The position numbers and the translations under genes are program-made. From contig NC_091979.1 in the NCBI RefSeq assembly GCF_044704955.1, positions 318,618,001 to 318,682,000 of the forward strand: DNA of 64,000 nucleotides, written 5' to 3'. The notes under the pieces were generated by a model. It had not been told where the DNA came from. It did no database searches and saw nothing but the letters and a program-made list of their open reading frames with translations. Origin of the DNA: Pristiophorus japonicus. Taxonomy: Eukaryota. Below are positions 22,729 to 34,005 of the stretch, piece after piece. How positions within the stretch are numbered: the stretch's first letter is position 1; each line of letters begins with the position of its first letter.

Positions 22729-23228
22729 TGGTGAGAAGGCAGATTGCAAAACAGTTATGGTTAGTTTTGTTGAACAGGTTAAGTTTCTAATTTCACAATC
22801 AGGAAACAAATAATCTGGATAATAGAATAACATACACAACAAATCAGTTGTTGGCTCCGTTACCCCTTTGTAACTGACTTTGTGGTCCCGATTTTAACTC
22901 CCCCCCTACCTGGCGAAAACCGACAGGCAGGCAGTTAAAATGGAGTGGGGTAATTGCTATGTAACCAGGCCGATGGAACTTGAGTTTCCCTGTGTCCATT
23001 CTCGTGAGCATTTTGTCTGCCTCTCCGGACCCGAGCCCATCACTTCTACTTGTGCTTTTCACTGACACTTTATTTATTTTTGTTTCCCCCTCCTTGATCC
23101 CTCACTTCTGTCGACGTGTCTCCTATCATTTCTCCCCTCTTGGGTACTCGGCCCTCCCAATTCCCTACTCCAATCCGACAGCTCACCTCCACCTTCCTGC
23201 ACTCATGCTGCCCTCACAGGTTTGACTG

Positions 23229-26200
23229 TGTTATGTATGCTTGCTTGTATTGTTTTATGGTGTTTGTAACACTGAATGTACCTTACACTGTACACATCTT
23301 ACTGTACACCAGAGGGTGCTGCTGCTGGAGACCTAAGGGTTACCTACACACTGCAGGTAACCCAGTCTAAAAGGGAGCTCACAGCTTGGTGTCCCAACTC
23401 AGGAGCTGCAAATAAAGGACTACAGTGTACACAGTTTAAGTACCATACACTGCCTCGTGGAGTCATTACCAAAGGTGCCTGCATACACTGCAATTGGCGA
23501 TGAGGTCACGAACTACATGCTCAGCATGTCGAATCTCAGCAACTTTCAGCAATTTACCGATGGGGAAGATTGGGATACTTTTGTAGAAAGATTGGAACAT
23601 TTCTTCATAGCCAACGACCAGGATGGGGACACACTGGCTACACGACTGAAAGCGCAGGGCCATCCTGCTTAGCAGTTGTGGGCCCACCATCCATTGTCTC
23701 GTCAGGGACTTGCTAGCCCCTGTGAAGACAACCACCAACAGCTATGAGGAACTTGTAACACTAATACAGGAGCAAGTAAAACCAAAAGAAAGCATCCTCA
23801 CAGCCAGGCACCGGTTCTTCACTTACCGGCGACCCGAAGGCCAGGAAATTACTAAGTATGCTGCACATTTAAGAAGACTAGCTGCACCGTGTGATTTTGG
23901 AGACCACCTGAATGAAGCACAAAGGGACATATTTGTCATCGGAATCGGTCATGAAGGCCTCCTACACAAATTGCTCTCTGCCGACATCACAGTCACCCTG
24001 CAGAAAGCAATTCAAGTGAGCCAGGCCTACATGGCTTCGGCCGGCGACTCCAGGCGAATATTGACCCTGGACTCTAAACCGCCGAGCGCAGTGCACCGCA
24101 TGGACACTTCTAAAGGCAGAAATGCTGCCCCGAGTTCCGCAACCCTGGTCCGCCACATGGGGCAAACCGGATAGCCCCGTGCTGGCGCTGTGGAGGAAAC
24201 CACAGGGCCCACCAGTGCCGCTACAAAGACTATACATGCAAAAGCTGCAAAGAAAAAGGGCACCTTCAAAGGATGTGTAGAAAAAGCTTTACTCACTGCG
24301 TCACTGAAGAGGAGGCTGATCACCGGGGCTCAGACACAGATGAAGATGAAGCTGCTCAACCCGTGGAACAAAAGAATGGAGATAATACCTGCTCCACTGA
24401 AAGTTCTCTGTGGACGATGGAAATCTACATCGGTGGGGTCCCAGTTTCCATGGAGATCGACACAGGGCCGAGCCAGTCTGTGATGAGCCAAACGACCTTT
24501 GAAAAAATTTGGATGAATCCCACCACTCGACCAAAACTGTCTCCTGTCCAGGCGCAGCTGCTCACCTACACCAAAGGTAAAATCCAAATCGTTGGCAGCG
24601 CGAACGTCCAGGTCTCTCAGGGCGACGTGTTGAACAAACTCTCCCTGTGGATCGTTGCTGGAGATGGTCCCACACTGCTGGGAAGGAATTGGATGAACCC
24701 GGTCCAAGTCAGGGGAAGTGGCGACGGCCTCCAGGCTCCAGCAATCGACATCCCACGCAGCCCCGAACATGGATCCATCGCTGCATCGAGAGATCCCAGC
24801 GACCAGTCGACTGCGGGGTGACGACTCCACAACACCGTGACAAGATCTCAGGAACCGAAAATCCAACCTTCATCTTCCAGGCCAGGGCAGGACTCCAAGA
24901 GGTGAACATCATCGAAAGAAGTGGATTCCCGACGTCCATGGCCAAACCTGAGGAAGAAAAGATCACCACAGCCGACCTGGAGGAGAGCCAGAAGATAGCT
25001 GCCTCACCACGAGGAAAAAAACCTAAAATCAAAATGGCCGGGACCAGATCATGAGGGGCAGCATTGGAGGAGCGACACGTGACATCGAGCGGCCAATCGG
25101 ATTTGAAGGCTCCCTTAAAGGAGACCGGTAACCAAAAAAATTTAAAGGGGCAGTTTCAACTTAAAGATGACAGGGACTTTAAAGCTAAAAATGCAGTAAA
25201 AGGGTGGACGTATGATAATGTAACCATGAATGGTGATGCTGGTGTAACTAATGTGAAAAATAAAATGAATGCTTGTGTAAGTAAGTTTAGGAACAAGCTT
25301 GTTATGTGTGATGATTATGGCAGGGAGTTTGAAATACCTAATGTAACCATGTCTGGTGAGACCATGATACCAAAAAGTGATGCAAATGCTGTTATTAACA
25401 ATGTAAAGGCAGTCAATAATATAGACTCAACTATGTATGATCAGAGCTAGGGTGTCATGTATACAGGTAGGACACTGTTAAAGCACACAGTGTTCGACAG
25501 GGACCATGCAAATGCTAGAGGAATCCCCCCCATGGGAGACCCCCAGGTCCAGCTGGCTACCAGACCATGTAGCCTGGATCTTTGGAATGAGTGTGATGCC
25601 CCAGGAAGGACACACACACACCCAGCACACCCAGTGGAAGCAGACCCACTACAGGGACAGTGGTCAATGGGCAACACAGCCACCACCACTGGCAACCTGC
25701 CCCAGACCAGCCCTACACCCCCTGGTCACGAGGGCCAACACCAGGAGCGAGAGGCCAATACCCTCCAGCTTTCCTGGCAAACCCTGGGATGACCAGACTC
25801 TCATCCCAATTGGAGGACAAGGAGCCCACACAGTCCTGTGGTCCTGCCCACCACCACACAACTACCCACATCTCAGAATATGCACCCTACCCACTGCTGC
25901 AATGGCTACCCCACTGAGGGATCCCACAACAGTGACACCCACATGGTCTGTGTGAGGGATGGGGGGGAAATATATGAGGCCAGCCTTAAGAACAGGGATC
26001 ACACCTGGCACCCACACAACCCTCACTACACCTAGCACCCACACAACCCTCACCACAACCTCCCATAACCCACTACCGATCACTTCCCCAGGTCATTACA
26101 ATAAGGACTTGAAAAATGCTTTGGGGGGAGTGTTGTTATGTATGCTTGCTTGTATTGTTATATGATGTTTGTATCACTGAATGTACCTTACACTGTACAC

Positions 26201-26398
26201 ACCTTACTGTACACCAGAGGGTGCTGCTGCTGGAGACCTAAGGGTTACCTACACACTGCGGGTAACCCAGTCTAAAAGGGAGCTCACAGCTTGGTGTCCT
26301 CACTCGAGGAGCTGCAAATAAAGGACTGCAGTGTACACAGTTTAAGTACCATACCCTGCCTCATCGAGTCATTACCAAAGGTGCCTGCATACACCACA
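23229..26398 (+). mobile_element. Non-autonomous Gypsy LTR retrotransposon (gag plus protease only) with two ~265-bp LTRs
   Basis: LTRs at 23229-23492 and 26134-26398 (TG..CA, internal AATAAA); PBS tggcgatgagg at 23495; PPT ttggggggag near 26121. Gag reads EDWDTFVERLEHFFIAND..RHRFFTYRRPEGQ with two CCHC knuckles (CWRCGGNHRAHQC..CKSCKEKGHLQRMC). The protease motif is MEIDTG. No RT or integrase was seen. Confidence 0.92.
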
Positions 26399-27512
26399 GT
26401 AACGGCTCCCCAGTTTACGACCTGGACCAGCCAGGATTCCACGTTACTGCCTGCTAACGGCAAACCGCTAGACGGGATGTTGCAGCTTATCCGTCGCAAA
26501 CACAGGTTGCTCATCCCATCAGATTGGCTTCTATGGGGCAATCCTGCTACGTTGCAAAGAAAGGGAGGGAGGCTATACATAGTTGGTGGTCCGGGCCTCC
26601 ATACCATGGCCCAGGATTGACGGGGACCCTCCCACGACCACTGAAAGTCTCAAGTCCATATCAGCCATCCTTGGCTTGCCAGACCTCAGGGTCAGAGACA
26701 ATAGTCCGGAGCGGGCAGCCCAAATCATAAAGCCAAGCACCACACGTGTCACGGTAGACTCTCCACAGACCCAGATATCTCGGGTGCTACGCAGTTACCA
26801 GACAGAATCACTCAGAACCGTGCTTTCCTTATGCTATCAGCAGAGAATGCACCACGATCGCATGGCTCCTCCACGCGACATCAGAATAAATGATGTAGAC
26901 CATGTTCAAGGCCCCAGATGGGCTGCTAGCACTGTATTAGCCAACGAGGGGAATGGAGTGTTTGTGATAAAAATGGAACGTTTGTTGTGGAACCATGTAC
27001 TGGGCAAACGCACAGAGCATTTGGACCAGACCCAACTGCGAACTACAGATAAACAGGAACCACAGGAACCACTGGCCCCCAGCAACACACTAACCACAAG
27101 TGACCTCGTCGTCAACCACGAGGATGAACCCACCATGCCCATCAGTCCGATCAGACCAGCCGCGTGGCCGTGCAGCAACGATCAGACCAACTCACCCGTG
27201 CCAGGACTTCAACTCAGGCGATCGACCCGGGGACGCGGGGTGCCAGATCACCTCAACTTGCAAATAACTTGTACATAAGACTTTGGGGGGGGAGCGATGT
27301 TATGTATCTATGTAAACCTCACCAATATGTAAGACTTGCCACTAGGGGGCATACCTGTGGGAGACCTAAGGGTCACCTGTGCACCCTGAGCAAGCAGGTA
27401 TAAAAGGTCATTCACCATGCTGTCTCCTCACTCTGGAGTCTGAATAAAGAGACCAAGGTCACAACAGTTTGAGCTCACAATACAGTCTTGTGGAGTTATT
27501 CTGAACATAACA
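26399..27512 (+). mobile_element. Gypsy element 3' remnant (degenerate integrase region, PPT, 3' LTR 27298-27512)
   Basis: ERAAQIIK..RVLRSY..GPRW..HLDQ..LRRSTR; PPT ttggggggggag; LTR tgttatgtatc..aataaa..cataaca. Confidence 0.85.
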
Positions 27513-27662
27513 AGACTCATTTCCAGATTCTTGTTTTTTTGGCTCTAAGCCAAAGGAGACCACCTGAACCTTTTCATTTGAAACTGGTTCAATCTCTCAG
27601 TGCAAAGCTTTTATGAGAGGAAGATTCAAGGGGAATAATTCATCCTATTTGGAAGAAACATC

Positions 27663-29000
27663 GGGCCTAAGTTTCCACACACGCCTAGAACGGCGCAGTC
27701 CCGACCTGGACGCCCGTTTTTCGCGCCACAAAGTGCGCCTAAAAAAATCCTCGGTATTCTCCACCTCCCTGCAGGTCCTCTGGCCCTCGCGCAGCGCAGC
27801 ACGAGCTGTGGGTGGGCGGAGCCAGGTCCCTGCGCTGAAAACAGTGCCGGGACCTCTGCACATGCGCGCTACAGTGGGCACGCAAGTGCAGTAGCTCCAG
27901 GCGCCCGAAGCACGCAGCCCCTAGCCCTGGCCGAATGGCCTCACTGGAGCTGCGTGAATAAGGCTCCTCCCCCGGCCAGCTCCTGCTTCCCCCCCCCCCC
28001 CCCGCGACCAGACCCGGCACCCGCTCTCCCCCCCGCCCCCCGACCGGACCCGACCCGATCCGACCCGCGCTCCTGTTCCCCCCCACCCCCGAATGGACCC
28101 GACCCGACCCGACTCCCGCCCCCCAACCTGACCCCCCCCACCCTCCGACTGGACCCCCCCCGACTCGACTCCCACCCCCCCCCCAACCCGACCGGACTCC
28201 CGCTTCCGCTCCCGCTCCGCCCCCCGCCGACTGGACCCGACCCGCGCTCCTGCTCCCGCTCCCCGCCTCCCCACCCCGACTCGACCCGACCCGATCTGAC
28301 ACGACTCGACTCCCGCTCCCCCCCCCGCCCCCAGACTGGATCCGACCTGACCTCCCCCTCCCCGACCTGACCTCTNNNNNNNNNNNNNNNNNNNNNNNNN
28401 NNNNNNNNNNNNNNNNNNNNNNNNNNNNNNNNNNNNNNNNNNNNNNNNNNNNNNNNNNNNNNNNNNNNNNNNNNNNNNNNNNNNNNNNNNNNNNNNNNNN
28501 NNNNNNNNNNNNNNNNNNNNNNNNNNNNNNNNNNNNNNNNNNNNNNNNNNNNNNNNNNNNNNNNNNNNNNNNNNNNNNNNNNNNNNNNNTCTCTCTCACC
28601 TCCCCCCCTCTCTCTCCCTCCCTCCCTACCCCCCCTCTCTCTCCCTCCCTCCCCCCCCGCTCTCTCTCCCTCCCTCCCTCCCCCCGACCCGACCCGAACC
28701 AAACCGAACTTCCCCGACCCGACCCAATGCCACCTACCTGTAAATCTGGTGCTGGGGACGGGCCCTGCCTGAAGTCTCGGGCCGGCCCGTTCAGCCTTCG
28801 GTCCCGAAAGGCCTGCCTGAAGCACTTTCACGCAGGTTGGGAGATGGTTTATTTAATCTTTTCTTTGCTTATAAATGTTTATTCAGGTTGGATTTATTTG
28901 TTTAATATTTGTATAAGTATAAATAAAGATTTATTATAGAATTTAATGACTTCCCTTCCCTCCCCCTCCCCCCCCACCTCGTTCTGGACACCTAATTTGT
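27663..29000. mobile_element. Harbinger-type non-autonomous element with a GC-rich low-complexity core
   Basis: Starts with the TIR-like gggcctaagtttcc; the core is cccga-rich and spans the gap. Confidence 0.55.
28376..28589. other. Assembly gap (214 N)
   Basis: Run of n. Confidence 1.
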
Positions 29001-29915
29001 CTTTACCATCCACCTCACCAGCCTATTCATTCATCGGATCATCCTGCACCATTCCTGCCCTCTCCAGCGTGATTCCACCACCAAACACATCTTCCCCTCC
29101 CCTTTCAGCATTCCGAAGTGACCGTTCCCTCCTCAATCACCCCCAGCACTGCTCCCCTTCCCACAGCACGTCCTGTGCAAACGCAGGAGATGTAAGACCA
29201 GCCCTTTCATGTCCTCCCTTCCCACCGTTCAGGGCCCCAAGCACTCATTCCAGGCCAATCAGCGATTTACTTCTCCTTCTTTCAATTTCACAAACTGTAT
29301 TTGTTGCTTACGATGCGCTCTGATCTACACTGGGGACACCAAACGCAGATTGGATGAACCCTCCGACGAACCCTTCTGTTCAGTCCACAAGCGTGACCCT
29401 GAGCTTCCGGTCACAATTAGTTATAAATCTCCCTCCCACTCCCACTCTGACCTCTCTGTCCTCGGCCTCCTACATTGTTCCAATGAAGCCCAACAGTAAC
29501 TCGGGGAACAACACCTCATCTTTGGATTACCATCTTCAGAGCCTTCCGGTCTCAACATTGAGTTGATCAATTTCACTGCTCCCACTTTTTCAAACAGGTC
29601 ATGGCTCTGCTGTTGCCATTTACAGCTCCTCTAGAACCATCTTTTGTTTCTTTACTTGTTCCATTACCACCCCCTTTTGCCTTGCACCATCATCCCTTTT
29701 GCCATTTGATCACTCCTGCCTTCCACCTATCACAAACCTTCCCTTTTGTTCCTTCTGGCCCTCACCCCTCCTTTCCCTGCCTCTGTACTTCCTGAAAAAC
29801 CATTACATCTCGAACATTTTCCAGTTCTGATGAAAGGTCACCGGCCTGCAACATTTCTCTCTCCACAGATGTTGCACGATCTGCTGAGTATTTCCAGCAT
29901 TTTCTGTTTTTATTT
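29000..29915 (+). mobile_element. Penelope-like element fragment (GIY-YIG endonuclease and terminal region)
   Basis: FTSPSFNFTNCICCLRCALIYTGDTKRRL (YIGET-like); the terminal sequence is tctgatgaaagg..ctctccacagatg..ctgctgagtatttccagc. Confidence 0.8.
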
Positions 29916-31001
29916 ATTGAACCTATCGACTCAGATACAATCAGATAGCACAATACAAGCTTCACTGCTGCATTCCAATATTTATCTATTGTTACTGTTG
30001 ATCATCTGGTCCCTTTCAATTGGGATTGATTCCTAGAGATCTGATTGGTCCTTAGGAATCAAATGACCCACAACTCTGTTGTTCTTCTGCCAATACTTTG
30101 GTTGATGGGATCATGTGACCCATATCATTAATACTGCTCTAGTGATCTGATAGGTCTGTGGGAACATGTAACCTGCGGGAGGGGACTAATTGGTCTGTTT
30201 TCTTTCAATAATGAAAGACACTCTGATTCCTTGTTTAAACAGGCCCAGCTCCCACCTCGGCCTCACCAGTCAGGGCCAGAAGTGTCCCCCTCGAGGGCTT
30301 CAGGCTCATGTTCCCCGCCCTTCTTACTGTGTGAAGATGCCTTTGTACATTTAAAATGTATGAATACAGCTGCACTGAGCGGGCTGCAAAGGATCAGGAA
30401 CTTAGCTCTGTGGCCTGAGGGTGGGGGAATGTCCTGGAAGTGACCACCCCCTTTACACTCACGGCCCTGATCCTGGGATTGGGGATGGTGTCAGTGCGAG
30501 GGCAGACTGCTGGTCAGGACGTGCTGCTCCAGCACAGTTCCAGTGGCTCAGCAGTCTGACTAGACTCTCCAGTTCTCGGCGTTACCGACACTGAGATCAA
30601 TTTACCATGGAGATGTCACTGAAGCATGTTGTGTAACTGCATTCCAGAGGAGTTGATGAGTGATATGGTCAGAAGGCAGAGAGAAAAGCCGTGGTGGTTA
30701 GTTATATTTAACAGTTTCAGTAAATAGTTTCACATTGAGAAAACAAATAGCTGGAAATTATAACACACTGAGTACTGATCTCAATCAGCTCACCATTGGA
30801 GGGAAAGCTGAAGAAGGAATTTGCCTCATTTTCCATTCGATTCGCATTACGAGGTATCGATCATTGGAATTCCTTCTGTATTTAAATTTACATTCAGACG
30901 ATTGAATGAGGAGTTTTCTTCCAGGAATAAAATAGCATACACAATAGTATACAACGAAGCAGTTGAAATGCACAGAGCTGGGATAATTTGCTCACAGTGG
31001 G

Positions 31002-31320
31002 AACATAAGAACATAAGAATTAGGAGCAGGAGTAGGCCATAGGATGCCTCGAACCTGCTCCGCCATTCAATAAGATCATGGCTGATCTTCTACCTCAATC
31101 CCATTGTCCCACTCTGTCCCCATACCCCTTGATTCCTTTAATGTCCAAAAACTATTGATTTCAGTTTTGAATATACACAACTGCTGAGCATCCGCAGCCC
31201 TCTGGGCTCGAGAACTCGAAAGGTTCACAACCCTCTGAGTGAAGAATGTTCTTTTCATCTCAGTCCCAAATGTCCCAATCTTTTTCCTGAGACTATGACC
31301 CCTAGTTCTAGACGCTCCGG
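31002..31320 (-). mobile_element. CR1 3' fragment
   Basis: RTRGHSLR..FFTQRVVNL with an (aacataag)n tail. Confidence 0.85.
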
Positions 31321-31511
31321 CTCCCCACATTCCCCCCAACCCCTGCCCCCTCTCTTGCACTCCGAGGGAAGTGGAGTGCTTGATTTATTGCTCTACTTCC
31401 CTCTTGGAGTAAATTTGGGAATTTCTCAAATGATTGAAAAGACTAACGCCTGGCTCTAACTTTTCAAACATTTTTCACTGAGCTCCCCAAACTGGACCCC
31501 AGGGGAATTTC

Positions 31512-31985
31512 TATCCCATTGTTCCAGAAAACTGTCTCAAACGCATTTCATAAATTGTCCTCAAAACTACTTTTGCCATTTTGGGTTGCCCAGTATATAT
31601 GAAGATTAAAGTCCCCACGATTACTGCATTACTCTCGTTACATGCTCCTCTAATTTACTGATTTATATTCTGTCCAACACTGTTATGGGGCCTATAAACT
31701 ACTCACACCAATATTTCTGTCCATTGCTATTTCTTTGCTTCAACCAAACTGATTCTACATCCTGATTTTCTGGGCTAAGATCCTTATTCACTGCTGTCCT
31801 TATCTCATCCTTTATTATCAGGGCTACCTCCGTCCTTTTCTATTTCAACTATCTTTCTTAAAAGGCAAGTACCCTGGAACATTTAGTTTCCAGTCTTGGT
31901 CACCCTGTAACCACGCCTCAGTACTGGCAACTAAATCACACATATTTATCTCTATGTATGCCATTAGTTCATCTATCTTGTTTCA
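31512..31985 (-). mobile_element. CR1 endonuclease-region fragment
   Basis: Reverse complement carries TEAWL..GGVALII..GVVYRP..VGDFN-like motifs. Confidence 0.7.
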
Positions 31986-33216
31986 TGATGTCATCTCTAG
32001 ATGCATCGCCCCGGTAGTGACCCGGCACAAAAACTCACCCTCGCCCCCTGCAGCAGTGCCGGGCGATGGCAGCAACTGCTGCAGGGGTCGCTAGCAGGGC
32101 AGCCAGACACTAGCGAGATGTTATTTAAAGGTGAGTTGGACGGCCACCTTGAAAAAATGTTGGATCTTTTCAAAACAAAATGTGCCTGCAGACATGGGGT
32201 GCGTACCGCGATCGGTCAGTCTTGCACTCTGCTTGAGTGCTGGGCTGATTGCATGACACCCGCACTCCCCATTGGTCCAGGTAAGTTAAAACATTAATTC
32301 AGAGTTTGCAGCCTGGGCCCTTGCTGTTAATTCAGGGAAGAGCCCCTACAATGCAGCAGTGCCATGTGTCATAGTGCATAGTGCTGCTGAGCCGTGCGCC
32401 TCGCTCACAATCTTCCCCCCATCTTGCGCTCCAAGAAGGAAGTGGACCGATTTAGTGCTCCACTGCCCTCGGAGCAAAAAGTGGGAATTTTAGAGAAGCT
32501 GGAAGAAGATAGCTCCTGGCTCTAACTTTTCCAGCTTTCCTGATTTAGCGTGTCAAACGGGACCCGAGGGGAATTTCTAACTCGCCTTTAATTTTAACTT
32601 TTTACTATTTTTCCCTGATGTGACCTTAATCACGAGAGCCCTATGACCTTTGTTAACCTCTCTCGGTTAGAAATTCATCATAGCCTAGAATGGGCGGTAG
32701 GATTAGAAAAGTTTGAGGGGTCGAAATTCGGTCGCGCCGTTTTTGAGGCGGTATCACCGTTTGAATGGAGATTTTACCACCAGGCGGCAGTTGCCGTTAC
32801 CAACCGTGAAATTCAGTTTTGCTGCCTGAAAAGGGGATTGCAGGGTTAAAGCAGGTGTTGTACGCTCCCCAGGAGTGGCAAACGGCGGTAAATGGGGTGG
32901 AAAGTGAGGCAGCAACACCCAGGCGGCAATTATCATTTGTAAATGTGCCACAGACACACTCCCGCCACCTGCATTCAATTGAGGCGGTGATTGGGTGTGT
33001 CACCGCCTTGTGCGTATACTGGCTTCCTACGCACTCACTCACAGGGTGAAGATTACAGATGCAGCCGCAGCTCGCCAGCGAGCTCTCCGCTTCTCCGACA
33101 CCGCTATCGATGCACTGCTTGATACCCTGGAGAGGCGTCGAGAATTACTTCGGACAGAGGCTGGCAGCAGGCCACAACCCCAAACATTTCGAAAGCTCTG
33201 GTGGGAAGTCGCTGAA

Positions 33217-33510
33217 ATAGTGTCAGTGAGTGACACGGTGCCCAGGACAGCGACCCATGTCACAAGTAGTGTCAGTGAGTGACACGATGCCCAGGACAGC
33301 GACCCATGTCACAAGTAGTGTCAGTGAGTGACACGATGCCCAGGACAGCGACCCATGTCACAAGTAGTGTCAGTGAGTGACACGGTGCCCAGGACAGTGA
33401 CCCATGTCACAAGTAGTGTCAGTGAGTGACATGGTGCCCAGGACAGTGACCCATGTCACAAGTAGTGTCAGTGAGTGACACGGTGCCCAGGACAGCGACC
33501 CATGTCACAA
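33217..33510. repeat. 49-bp tandem repeat, 6 copies, inside the Myb exon
   Basis: Unit gtagtgtcagtgagtgacacggtgcccaggacagcgacccatgtcacaa. Confidence 0.92.
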
Positions 33511-34005
33511 GAAGGACATGACTCGGTTCTGAGGGTGAGTATATTTTACATTAACCTGACCATGCCACGCTCTGAGCTCAATGTGCAGTCTCTCCTCAAT
33601 GTGAATGTGTCTGACCCCATGCTCTATGTGGGTGAGACCAGATACAAGGTTCCCATTTGCAGCCTCACCCACTCCAAGGCCTGTATGCACAATTAACCTT
33701 CCTACTCCCTTGTGGACACCCACCCCTCATCCTGTTACCTCCTCAGTCTTCAGATGTATCTGGAAGATGCTAACCTCACAGTAACTGTTAGGTCCTGGCT
33801 CCCCTTCATTCAAGCATTGCCACAAGTACTCGGAGCTAATGGAAGTTATATCAAACTTTAGAGAGTCTCAGACACGAACATGTTCTGAACTATGTAAGGC
33901 ACTTCAGACAGACAGAGAGAAGGGCACTAATTATGACGTTCTTTTTAATCTTGCAGGCCAAATTTGCACAGATTGGAAGAGACCAGATGCGGAATGGAGG
34001 AGGGG

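Noticed and set aside
27739-28831. Gly/Arg-rich ORFs across the N gap
   Set aside because: Low-complexity GC-rich transposon core plus an assembly gap.
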